The notes: a model not told the origin generated them from the letters alone. A stretch of 64,000 nucleotides of DNA from Bdellovibrionota bacterium (GCA_050950765.1 JBMNIF010000003.1:352001-416000); one strand, 5' to 3'; shown: positions 41,325 through 51,241, numbered from the stretch's first letter. Translations and numbers: made by a program.

Positions 41325-42889
41325 CCCAAACTTTTCTGTGATTTACGTAACAATAAAGTAACATATTGTTATAACCTATAGAAATTTTTTAAAAATTAAC
41401 AAAAAAGGGGGTTGACTTTTTTGTTGTTTTGACATACGTATTTAGGTATGGGAAAGAAAGCAAAAATACACCCTGATTGGGCAACAAAATATCGAGAGAA
41501 AGGAAAAGAGGTACGTCTTATCAATGGGAGATATTACCTATATAGCTACAGCTATAAGTATGACCCTGAGAGGAAAAGGAGCGTGAAAGTTACTGGTAAA
41601 TTACTTGGACGAATTACAGAAGAGGACGGTTTTATACCAAGTGAGAAGAGAAGCCTTGTACCTGCTGTGAATATTAAGTGCAGAGAGTATGGTTTATCTC
41701 AATTTATCCTCAATCAAAAAACAATTATTGAAAGACTTCGGTGTTATTTTCCAGATAAGTGGAAGGCTATTTTGCTGATGTCATACAGCAGGATCAAACA
41801 TTGCTCTCCTATTAAACGCATGAATGATGATTTTGAAAACAGTATGTTGAGTGAAAAACTTAATTTTCTTCTTAATAAGAAAGCTATTCCGAATATTTTG
41901 CAATCGATTGGGAAAGATGAATTTGCTCGTTCTGAATATATGAAGAGTTTTATTCATGGAAAAGATTTTTTGTTAATTGATTCTACATTTCTTAGAACAT
42001 CTATGAGAAAGTCGAGTCTTGCTAAAGGAGGATATAATAAAGACCATTTTTGGGAAACGCAGGCGAGTTTGCTTTATATTTACTCTAAAAAATTGCAACA
42101 ACCAGTCTATTATAGGTTATTGGCTGGGAATATAAGAGATGTAAAAGCTCTATCTTTAACTATCCAAGAATCAGAAATTGGTGATGCTACTATTATTGCA
42201 GATAAGGGTTTCTATTCAGAGTCTAACGTTAAAGATCTTATAGAGAATAAACTTAGCTTTGTTATTCCATTGCGTAGAAATAGCTCTCTTATAGACTATG
42301 ATGGAATAGAAACAAGCAGGAACGTTATTGAATATAATAAAACGTACTTAAGATATAAAAAATATAAGATTGGGAATGGATTTATATATCTGTTTAGAGA
42401 CCCGTTTTTAGCAGGTGAAGAGGAAAATAACTTAGTTTCATTAACAATATCTCATCCAGAAAAATACAATTTAACAGATGTTGATTTAAAAAAAGTGAGG
42501 CTAGGAACTGTTGCATTCTTTTCAAATTTGGACTCATCCGCAGAAGAAATATACACGTTATACAAAATGCGACTATCTATTGAACAATCTTTTGATACGT
42601 TAAAAACTGTTTTAAAAGCAGATGCTTCATATATGAGTGATGATGATAAATTTCAGGGATGGATGTTCGTGAATCACATAGCAATACAGTGGAGCTATGA
42701 AATATTAAAAACAATAAAAAAACATAAACTTTCGACTTCAATATCATTAGAAGATGCTATCAGAAGGTTATCTGAAATTAAAAAAGTTAGGCTTGGGGAC
42801 TCTTGGTATTTAGCCGAGCAAACTAAAGCAGAGCTAAAAATAGCCGAACTGTTACTTACTTAACATACGTAAAAAGGGGAAAGTTTGGG
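41325..42889 (+). mobile_element. Intact IS1634-like (IS4 superfamily DDE) insertion sequence
   Basis: Terminal IRs CCCAAACTTT...TTTACGTA / TACGTAAA...AAAGTTTGGG; 6-bp target duplication ATTGAA at 41319-41324 and 42890-42895. Confidence 0.9.
41448..42863 (+). CDS. IS1634-family DDE transposase
   Basis: LIDST, GYNKD, GNIRDV, IADKGFYS, YKMRLSIEQSFDTLK. Confidence 0.9.
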   Translation: MGKKAKIHPDWATKYREKGKEVRLINGRYYLYSYSYKYDPERKRSVKVTGKLLGRITEEDGFIPSEKRSLVPAVNIKCREYGLSQFILNQKTIIERLRCYFPDKWKAILLMSYSRIKHCSPIKRMNDDFENSMLSEKLNFLLNKKAIPNILQSIGKDEFARSEYMKSFIHGKDFLLIDSTFLRTSMRKSSLAKGGYNKDHFWETQASLLYIYSKKLQQPVYYRLLAGNIRDVKALSLTIQESEIGDATIIADKGFYSESNVKDLIENKLSFVIPLRRNSSLIDYDGIETSRNVIEYNKTYLRYKKYKIGNGFIYLFRDPFLAGEEENNLVSLTISHPEKYNLTDVDLKKVRLGTVAFFSNLDSSAEEIYTLYKMRLSIEQSFDTLKTVLKADASYMSDDDKFQGWMFVNHIAIQWSYEILKTIKKHKLSTSISLEDAIRRLSEIKKVRLGDSWYLAEQTKAELKIAELLLT

Positions 42890-43093
42890 ATTGAAAATAG
42901 GCGTATTTGTCTACGTTACTTTATGAAAACGCCTTGCCAAACAGGCAAGTTATTTTCATATTTATTAATATTTTTAGATATGCAAAATATTAATTTGGAA
43001 TCAATTTCATTTTACGTGTAGAATAGACTCATAGTCGAAGCGCGTTCTGCGTCTCTTAAGAAAAGAGTCTTCACGTAGTATGGGAGCATAATT

Positions 43094-44998
43094 ATGATAA
43101 ACGATTTAAGAATAAATTTTAAAACAGTTTTTGTGGCATTAATTGCCTCATTAGCTTTAGCGGTTTCACCTGCCATAGCTGGGCCTCAAGCAGGTCTTTC
43201 AGAAGGAGCTAGAAATTACAACAATTGCCCAGCATGTCCAGCTCCAACCTGCGACGATGTTGATCTACAACAGTGTTGCGGGCAGAATCCTCCTGTTCTT
43301 GAAATAGAGGAGAAGGGGATCGCTGAATTTGAACTTGGTTTAGTTCGTTGGTGCACAGTTGGAAAAAAATGGCAGATCTACGGTGTTTGTCAAGGCTTCC
43401 CAACTTGCAATGATGTTGATTTAAAAAAGTGTTGCCCAGCATGTCCAACACCGCCTCCAACTCCGAAGCCAACACCAAAACCTACACCGAAGCCTACTCC
43501 GACTCCTGAGTGCAAATATTATAAAGGCACACTGGATTCTTCAAATACCAAGAAAACAGGTCGTGACAATCTTCAGGTTTCAAATAAAACCAAAGTAAGT
43601 TGTATTGATCAGAAACTAGATACCCTAAAAAATGATTGCAAACATCGCGGTTATTATAGGGATGATTGTATAGCAGTCGGTCTTACAAAGATGTTCTTTG
43701 GTAATCTAAGTAAAACCTCAAGCTACAAACATGATAAATGGGGAGTAGATACTGGACAGTACAAAGACGATCTTAAAGATAATGCCAGAGCTAGTTACGG
43801 CACCTGCACAACAGCCGATTTTGCTAGTCATGCAGTATACAAAGGAAATAACGATATCTGCTTAAGTGGATACTTCTACTTTGATGAAAACTGCAATCCT
43901 ATCTCAGAAAAAGATGCTACCGATCTTTGCGGAAAGATGAATGTCTCGTTTCAATCAACCTTTGAATGGTCAACTCCGCTCTCCCTTATCTGGAAAGAGG
44001 GGCATGATATAAATGCAGAGGTTGTTTTCGCTAAGTTCAATCTTGATTTAAGCAGTTCTGAAAATGTTTGGTACGCTTGGAAAGCATCTGAAGAGGCTCC
44101 GCTTCTTGTGTATGATCCGAAGCACACCGGACTTATCACTGATGCTTCTCAACTCTTTGGTAACTGGACCTTTGGTGGAAAACAGTTAGCTTCTCTGATC
44201 TCTTCAGATTCCTACAACAGTGCAGGAAAATGGGAGAACGGCTTTGAAGCGTTAGCCAGCTTAGATAGAGATTTTGATGGCAAATTAAGTGGTGATGAGT
44301 TAAGTGACTTAGCACTCTGGTTTGACTCAAATAGAGACGGCATCTCTCAGAAGGGTGAAGTTAAGACTCTTAAAGAGGTAGATGTCACGGCTCTCTATTT
44401 CAATGGCTATAAGAAAGATGCAAAGAGTGGAGATTTAACTTTAGCTGTTGGCTATGAGAGAACTCTCAATGGTAAAACAGTACAAGGTGCCTCCATTGAC
44501 TGGAATGAAGTCGGAGCTCCTTCTAAGTTAGCATTGGCAGATTACTATGACCTTCTTCAAGGGCATACCGCACAAAACAGTGCAGCTGCAACAGATAGTA
44601 ATGAATTAAAGCCTGCTACTAATAAGAAGAGCTTTGCTGGTACTTGGAATTGGTACATTGATGAAGAGAGCGTCACTGATGATTCTCCATCAAACGGAAC
44701 CTTTATTATCAGTTCCAATGAGAACGGATCTTTCAAAGGCTTCTCCTTTGTAGAGAGACGCTTTGAGACTTCTCCAGACAGCAAGTTAAGCAGCTTTGTT
44801 AGTATGAATAGAATTGAGGGCAAAGAGGGATTAGTAAAAGGGATCCCAGCCGTTCAGTTTACCTCTCGTGTAGGTAACTCCTTCACGAACAACAAAGCGA
44901 CTTTCTCAGCTGATGGCAATACGCTTAGCGGCAAAACAGAAGTCGTTATCGCGGGAGGTAAGGGTATCTCATACTCTTGGAAAGCAGTAAGAAAGTAA
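43094..44998 (+). CDS. Secreted Cys-rich protein with PT/PK linker and FrpC-like Ca-binding self-processing-module homolog
   Basis: Signal peptide (AIA|G), duplicated CPACP/PTCxDVDLxxCC motifs, (PTPK)n, TPLSL...LFGN...NGFEALASLDRDFDG...LWFDSNRDGISQKGEVKTL. Confidence 0.8.
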   Translation: MINDLRINFKTVFVALIASLALAVSPAIAGPQAGLSEGARNYNNCPACPAPTCDDVDLQQCCGQNPPVLEIEEKGIAEFELGLVRWCTVGKKWQIYGVCQGFPTCNDVDLKKCCPACPTPPPTPKPTPKPTPKPTPTPECKYYKGTLDSSNTKKTGRDNLQVSNKTKVSCIDQKLDTLKNDCKHRGYYRDDCIAVGLTKMFFGNLSKTSSYKHDKWGVDTGQYKDDLKDNARASYGTCTTADFASHAVYKGNNDICLSGYFYFDENCNPISEKDATDLCGKMNVSFQSTFEWSTPLSLIWKEGHDINAEVVFAKFNLDLSSSENVWYAWKASEEAPLLVYDPKHTGLITDASQLFGNWTFGGKQLASLISSDSYNSAGKWENGFEALASLDRDFDGKLSGDELSDLALWFDSNRDGISQKGEVKTLKEVDVTALYFNGYKKDAKSGDLTLAVGYERTLNGKTVQGASIDWNEVGAPSKLALADYYDLLQGHTAQNSAAATDSNELKPATNKKSFAGTWNWYIDEESVTDDSPSNGTFIISSNENGSFKGFSFVERRFETSPDSKLSSFVSMNRIEGKEGLVKGIPAVQFTSRVGNSFTNNKATFSADGNTLSGKTEVVIAGGKGISYSWKAVRK

Positions 44999-45020
44999 TA
45001 TTGCGATAATCTCCTTATTT

Positions 45021-45058
45021 ACGCCTGAGTCTTTTAAAAAAGGCTCAGGCGTTTTTTT
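45021..45058 (+). terminator. Rho-independent terminator
   Basis: ACGCCTGAGTCTT...AAGGCTCAGGCGT followed by a T tract. Confidence 0.88.
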
Positions 45059-45074
45059 ATCCTTATTTCCCCTC

Positions 45075-46865
45075 CACCAATTAGGACACCCAAACTTCAA
45101 AATCACAATAATCTAATAATATCAAGATGTTAACAAAAGCTTAGAAATTGGCAGATCTGGTGCCACCCTTCAGTAGGACAGCTTGTCACTGGTGCCACCC
45201 ACCAGTGCTAAAAGCCTTTAAAATTACGATAGCTAATAATATCAATCCATCTAGTGACAACTGAACGGGCTGCAACTGCAAAACGAATCAGCTAGGTCTC
45301 GACGGAGGTTAAAAATCTGGTGCCACCCTTCAGCAAAAGGTGGGTGTCCTAATTGAAAAAGCCGCTAGAGCGGATCAGCTAGATCTCGACGGCGGCTTTG
45401 GTTTTAGTGCCACCCTTCAATAAGACGAGTTCTGTTGGATTTGGGCGGCTTTGAATCTGGTGCCACCCTTCAGCAAAAGGTGGGTGTCCTAATTAAAAAG
45501 TCAGTGACGCTTGAACGGGCTGCAACTAAAAATCAAATCAGCTAGGTCTGGACGGAGGTTAAAAATTTGGTGCCACCCTTCAGTAGGGCAGGCTGTCGCT
45601 GGTGCCACCCACCAGCGTCGCAGACGCTTTGCAAATAGGACACCCAAACTTCAAAATTATAACATCTAATAATATCAAGATGTTAGCAAAAGTTTAGGAT
45701 TCGGCAGATCTGGTGCCACCCTTCTTTGTTGCAGTTTGTCACTGGTGCCACCCACCAGTAAGAGCGGATTCCCTTCAAAGACAACTGGACGGGCTGTAAC
45801 TTGCAGAACAGATCAGCTAGATCTCGACGGGGGTTAAAAGTGGGTGTCCTAATTGAGGGGTGCTAGGCACTGGTGCCACCCACCAAGATGCTCCCCACTT
45901 CTTAGGGGCGCTTGAACGGGCTGCAACTGAAGACAGAACTAGCTAGATCTTCACGGAGGTAAAAGGTTGCCCATAAAAACAAATTGCTCTAATATTAACA
46001 GGTGGTTACAAGTTCGGCTTTAATCTGGCTTAATCGCTTGTTATAGCGGTATAAGCTCTCACTTTCCGAACAACTTTCACTAAGTACATAAAGAAATAAT
46101 CAAAGAAGGTGTTAGTTAATAAGATATGCGTCAAATAATTATCTTAACTCTATTATTTAATTACATATCTTCCCCAATAGCTTGGGGAGCTACACCTGAA
46201 GCATCTAAAAAATCACCTACCGAGCACTCCTCTAAAACAGATGCAAAGGTTGACCCTTCAATACTGCAAGAGCTAGAAGAACTTATTAAAAAATCCCCGC
46301 AATCTTCAGAAGCTCATTTTAATGTCGGTGTTGCTCAATATCGTTTATCGAAATATCAGGAGGCACTGGTGCCACCCACCAAGATGCTCCCCACTTCTTA
46401 GGGGCGGTTGGACGGGCTCAAACAGAAGAGCGGCTTTGGTTTTGGTACCACCCTTCAATAAGACGGGATCTACTAAATTTTGGCGGCTTTGAATTTGGTG
46501 CCACCCACCAGCGTCGCAGACGCTTTACAAATAGGACACCCAAACTTCAAAATTATAACATCTAATAATATCAAGATGTTAGCAAAAGTTTAGGATTCGG
46601 CAGATCTGGTGCCACCCTTCTTTGTTGCAGTTTGTCACTGGTGCCACCCACCAGTAAGAAGAGCGGATTCCCTTCAAAGACAACTGGACGGGCTGTAACT
46701 TGCAGAACAGATCAGCTAGATCTCGACGGGGGTTAAAAGTGGGTGTCCTAATTGAGGGGTGCTAGGCACTGGTGCCACCCACCAAGATGCTCCCCACTTC
46801 TTAGGGGCGGTTGGACGGGCTGCAACTAAAAATCAGATCAGCTAGGTCTGGACGGAGGTAAAAGG
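45075..46865 (+). repeat. Modular mosaic repeat array, locus 1
   Basis: 14 exact GGTGCCACCC anchors plus variants, GGACACCC/GGGTGTCCTAATT anchors, IHF-box modules and GATCAGCTAGATCTCGACGG modules. Confidence 0.92.
46126..46401 (+). pseudogene. Truncated duplicate of the 5' end of the TPR (batC-like) gene
   Basis: Near-identical to 47025-47260 (3 substitutions) up to 46361, then fused to a repeat module. Confidence 0.9.
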
Positions 46866-47024
46866 TTGCCCATAAAAACAAATTGCTCTAATATTAACAG
46901 GTGGTTACAAGTTCGGCTTTAATCTGGCTTAATCGCTTGTTATAGCGGTATAAGCTCTCACTTTCCGAACAACTTTCACTAAGTACATAAAGAAATAATC
47001 AAAGAAGGTGTTAGTTAATAAGAT

Positions 47025-48089
47025 ATGCGTCAAATAATTATCTTAACTCTATTATTTAATTACATATCTTCCCCAATAGCTTGGGGAGCTACACCTGAAG
47101 CATCTAAAAAATCACCTACCGAGCACTCCTCTAAAACAGATGCAAAGGTTGACCCTTCAATACTGCAAGAGTTGGAAGAACTTACTAAAAAATCCCCGCA
47201 ATCTTCAGAAGCTCATTTTAATGTCGGTGTTGCTCAATATCGTTTATCGAAATATCAGGAAGCTGTTAAATCTTTTGAAAAGGCAGCCCTCTTAAGTAAA
47301 GATGAGCACCTTACAGCTGAATGCCTCTATAATCTTGGGAACTCCTTTTACAAATCGGCTGAAGAAAGTTTGCAAACAGATCCGCAAGAAGCTTTAAAAC
47401 TTCTATCCCAAAGTGCAACATCATTCTCCGAATCCTTAAGGAGAGATCCAAGTAATCCCCTCTCCGGAAAGAATCTTGAGTTTACAAGAAAAACCATCCA
47501 GCGCCTTAAAACTGCTATGGAAAAGAAAAAACAGGAACAGCAAAAACAAGATCAAGCAAAAAAAGATCTGGAACAATTAAAGCGAGATCAGGAGAGCTTA
47601 AATAAGCAAACTAAAGAAACTGCCGCACAAGAAAAAGAGGATCCTTCAAATCAATCCAATCAGAACAATGAAGAAACTACCAAGCAAGCTAAAAAGCAAC
47701 AGGAGTTAAAACAGAAAGGATCAGAATTAAGAGATAAACTTTCAAATGAAAAGGCTGCCTCCGATCTGGAAGATGCCGTTAAAAATATGTCAGAAGCACA
47801 AAAAAATTTAACTCAAGGCAACCCACACCAAGCTGCTAAAAACCAAGAACAAGCTCTTAAAAATATCAACGAAGCGTTGAAAAAATTCTCGGAAGAAAAA
47901 CAGCAACAGAAAAAAGATCACGATAAAAACACTTCAAAAGATCCTGCTTCTCAGCAAAAGCAAGAGACCACACCACACCAAACGAACGACGAAGCTCAAA
48001 AGATTTTACAACAAGAACAGGAAAATCGTAACAGATATAACAGCGCCACTACTTCCGGTGGAATCGCATCTGTTGATAAGGATTGGTAA
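47025..48089 (+). CDS. Secreted TPR protein with Q/K/E-rich tail (BatC-like)
   Basis: Signal peptide, AHFNVGVAQY and LYNLGNSFY TPRs, C-terminal VDKDW. Confidence 0.82.
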   Translation: MRQIIILTLLFNYISSPIAWGATPEASKKSPTEHSSKTDAKVDPSILQELEELTKKSPQSSEAHFNVGVAQYRLSKYQEAVKSFEKAALLSKDEHLTAECLYNLGNSFYKSAEESLQTDPQEALKLLSQSATSFSESLRRDPSNPLSGKNLEFTRKTIQRLKTAMEKKKQEQQKQDQAKKDLEQLKRDQESLNKQTKETAAQEKEDPSNQSNQNNEETTKQAKKQQELKQKGSELRDKLSNEKAASDLEDAVKNMSEAQKNLTQGNPHQAAKNQEQALKNINEALKKFSEEKQQQKKDHDKNTSKDPASQQKQETTPHQTNDEAQKILQQEQENRNRYNSATTSGGIASVDKDW

Positions 48090-49927
48090 TGAATAATCAT
48101 CGTTATATATATTTTTTTCTCAGCTGTTTTTTACTATTCATGACTTTAATCGGCGATGCCGTAGCGGAGAATATTACAGCTTATGTACAGGTAGAGAATC
48201 AAGAAGTCTATTTGGGGGATTCTTTCGGATTACAGATCGTTGTTATCGGCGAAACGAAACCGGATGCTCCAGATCTTGAAGAGCTTGATAACTTTAAAGT
48301 TGAAACTCTCGGCGTAAGCAACTCAAGTAGCAGTAGCATCAGCATCATAAATGGCAGAAGACAAGAAAGCACTCAATACCAATATGTTTTCAATTACAGA
48401 TTGACACCAAAGACAACAGGAACTTTTACAATCCCATCCTTTACACTATCAGCTGCAGGGGAAAGTACCACAACAAAACCTCTAAAAATCAATGTAGTCA
48501 CTCCGAAAGGAGACCCTGATTATAAGTTGCGTCTTACACTTTCAAAAGACACCGCCTATGTCGGAGAAGCGCTCACTCTAAACATCACTTGGTATCTAGC
48601 AAGTGATGCCAGCAATTTTAATTTTTCATTACCTATTTTAGATGATCCCCGTTTTGCAGTACACCATCCAGAAGTTACTCCGCACAGTGGCAATGAATAT
48701 ATCCGTTTCCCGTTAGCAGGGCGTGATATCTTTGCGAAAAAAAGTTCCGCCGAGCTTGAAGGAAAATTCTATACTACCATCTCCTTTCAACAAATTATTA
48801 TTCCTAAACAGAGTGGCGAGATAGAATTGCCTAAAGGTGTCGTAACTGGGAAAAAGATTACAGGTTATAGCCGCCAAAATAGACGAACAGGTCTAATTAT
48901 CGGCGACCCTTTCTTTGATGATTTTTTTAATGCAAGGGAACCTATCTATCAACGTTTTGCCATACCCTCTAATCAACCTAAATTAACAGTTAAAGAGGTG
49001 CCGAGCACAGGGAAGCCTTACGACTTTACAGGTCTGATCGGCGATTATTCAATCATAGCTAACGCCACCCCCACCGATGTTAATGTAGGAGATCCTATAA
49101 CACTTACAATCGAAATTGCTGGTCCTAACTATATGGGGAACGTCTCAATTTACCCCTTAGAGAAACGTCAGGAATTAACAGGTGATTTTAAAGTCCCCGT
49201 AGAGATGGCAGCCCCTAAGATAAAACAGGGTATCGCAACATTTACGCAAACGATTAGACCCCTACGTCCTGATGTTAAACAGATTCCACCACTTAGATTA
49301 TCGTATTTTGATAGTAGTAAAGGAAAATACCTCACAACTTCTAGTGACCCGATCCCGTTAAAAGTAACATCAGCTAGAATTGTAACTGCACAAGACGCAG
49401 AGGGCACCACTTCTCCCATCCTTCAAACAACTACCTTAAAAACTTCAGCAGATGGAATTGTATATAATTACACTGACACCGCAAAGTTATTAGCAAAAGA
49501 AGTTGGCGCTACGCCCATTCAAAATAGCCCCTTCTGGATGTTTTTACTTATCGTTCCTTGCGGTCTGTATCTGATAATACTTGGAGTTCTCTCCTACAAA
49601 AGATTGAGTATGGCGGGGAGTAATAACGATGTTCGTAGTAACATTGCAGAGATCAAGAAACTTTGTCATGACAAAGCAGCACCGCAACAGATCCTTTCCG
49701 CATTCCGTAATTATCTCTCAAAAAAACTACTCCTCTCTGCAGGTTCCACAACATTTAAAGATATCGAACCTATCTTACAACAAAAAGGTATCTCATCGAC
49801 TCTCTTGGAAGAGATAAATACTTTCTTACAAGCACTTGAGGCGGCAAGTTATGCCGGAGCAGATGATGATACCGTACGTCCTCAAATGTTAAAAATCCTC
49901 AACAAGATGGAGAAAGAAATAAAATGA
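48083..49927 (+). CDS. batD: BatD family protein
   Basis: SSSISIINGRR, GTFTIPS, AYVGE, VNVGDPITLTI, LSYFD, C-terminal TM helix. Confidence 0.85.
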   Translation: MVMNNHRYIYFFLSCFLLFMTLIGDAVAENITAYVQVENQEVYLGDSFGLQIVVIGETKPDAPDLEELDNFKVETLGVSNSSSSSISIINGRRQESTQYQYVFNYRLTPKTTGTFTIPSFTLSAAGESTTTKPLKINVVTPKGDPDYKLRLTLSKDTAYVGEALTLNITWYLASDASNFNFSLPILDDPRFAVHHPEVTPHSGNEYIRFPLAGRDIFAKKSSAELEGKFYTTISFQQIIIPKQSGEIELPKGVVTGKKITGYSRQNRRTGLIIGDPFFDDFFNAREPIYQRFAIPSNQPKLTVKEVPSTGKPYDFTGLIGDYSIIANATPTDVNVGDPITLTIEIAGPNYMGNVSIYPLEKRQELTGDFKVPVEMAAPKIKQGIATFTQTIRPLRPDVKQIPPLRLSYFDSSKGKYLTTSSDPIPLKVTSARIVTAQDAEGTTSPILQTTTLKTSADGIVYNYTDTAKLLAKEVGATPIQNSPFWMFLLIVPCGLYLIILGVLSYKRLSMAGSNNDVRSNIAEIKKLCHDKAAPQQILSAFRNYLSKKLLLSAGSTTFKDIEPILQQKGISSTLLEEINTFLQALEAASYAGADDDTVRPQMLKILNKMEKEIK

Positions 49928-50736
49928 AGCATCTGTTTTTAACCGTAAGTATTTACATTACTGTCCTACTCTCGGCTTTCGTTACTCCGCTTTATGGTGA
50001 AGGCTTATCAACTTTACAAACCAAAGATATTTTAAAAGAAGCCAACGCTTTTTTTAAAGAAGGAAGCGACTTACCCCCTTCCGACAGAGCAAAGAGAGAT
50101 GAACTCTACCGTAAAGCTCTGTTACGTTATGAACAACTAATAAACGAAGCCGGAATAAAAAATGGAGCTATCTATTACAATACTGCAAATATCTATTTCC
50201 TGTTAGGCGACTTAGGACGTGCCATCTTAAACTATCGTCGCGCTGAACTCTTCGCACCAACAGACGATAATATCTTAAAAAATCTGGAGTATGTACGTAA
50301 TCGCAAAATTGATAAGATAAACACGACTAATTCAAAGTCACCTCTAAAAACGATCTTTTTTTGGCACTATTTATTAAGTAAAACCACAAAAGTTAAAATA
50401 GCTATCGTATTTTTCGCTCTGTTTTGGATCTTTTTAACAGTTAGACTTTTGAAGTTGCGATCTTGTTCCCGTATATTTCCAACTTTGTGCGCTCTGATTA
50501 CTATACTTTTTTTAACATCAGCCTTTATTTATGAAGAATCAAAAGCTGCTGTAATTATAGCTCCCGAAACAATAGCTCGTAAAGGTGACGGATTAAATTA
50601 TGAACCTGCTTTTAAAGATCCTCTACACGCCGGAACTGAAGTAGTAATAAAAGAAGATCGTGATAACTGGTTACGCGTAGAATTACCCGACGGCAGCTCT
50701 TGTTGGTTACTTGCTAACGATCTAGAAGTGATCTGA
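49924..50736 (+). CDS. BatE-like TPR plus SH3 protein
   Basis: YYNTANIY...LGRAILNYRRA, two TM helices, LHAGTEV...WLRVELPDG SH3b. Confidence 0.82.
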   Translation: MKHLFLTVSIYITVLLSAFVTPLYGEGLSTLQTKDILKEANAFFKEGSDLPPSDRAKRDELYRKALLRYEQLINEAGIKNGAIYYNTANIYFLLGDLGRAILNYRRAELFAPTDDNILKNLEYVRNRKIDKINTTNSKSPLKTIFFWHYLLSKTTKVKIAIVFFALFWIFLTVRLLKLRSCSRIFPTLCALITILFLTSAFIYEESKAAVIIAPETIARKGDGLNYEPAFKDPLHAGTEVVIKEDRDNWLRVELPDGSSCWLLANDLEVI

Positions 50737-50882
50737 CACGACCCTTTTATAAAAATATCAATACACCCTAACGAAATAAACGATCAACGCTCCACGACCT
50801 TAACGTGATTATGCCTTAATCAAAACTTTTCCCCTTTACGTATATTAGGTAAACGCTTTTACGTGGATAGCACTTTCAACAC

Positions 50883-51241
50883 CCGCCAAAATCTAGCCGC
50901 TCACTCTACAATCTCAGCCCATTCAATTTTTTAACCCCCGTTAACATCTAGCTAATCCGTTCTGCATGGTTTCAGCCCATTCAATTTTTTAACCCCGTTA
51001 ACATCTAGCTAATCCATTCTGCATGGTTCCAGCCCGTTCAATTTTTTAACCCCCGTTAACATCTAGCTAATCCATTCTGCATGGTTCCAGCCCGTTCAAT
51101 TTTTTAATCCCCGTTAACACCTAGCTAATCCGTTCTGCAGGCTCCAGCCCGTTCAATCGTCATTGGAGGGTAAGAAAACGTCATTGGAGGATGAGAAAAC
51201 GTTATTGAAGAGTGAGGGAACGTCATTGAAGGGTAGCACCA
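50883..51241 (-). repeat. Mosaic repeat locus 2 (reverse orientation): 4 x 57-58 bp tandem plus 4 x 21 bp tandem
   Basis: CAGCCC recurs at 50915, 50973, 51030, 51088 and 51145; CGTYATTG at 51158, 51179, 51200 and 51221; ends in TGAAGGGTAGCACCA, a reverse anchor variant. Confidence 0.9.

Noticed and set aside
45150..45170. Minus-strand TGGCAC-N5-CTGC as sigma-54 promoters paired with IHF sites
   Set aside because: Only a few anchor copies keep the -12 GC, and the IHF box of the same module would lie downstream rather than upstream.
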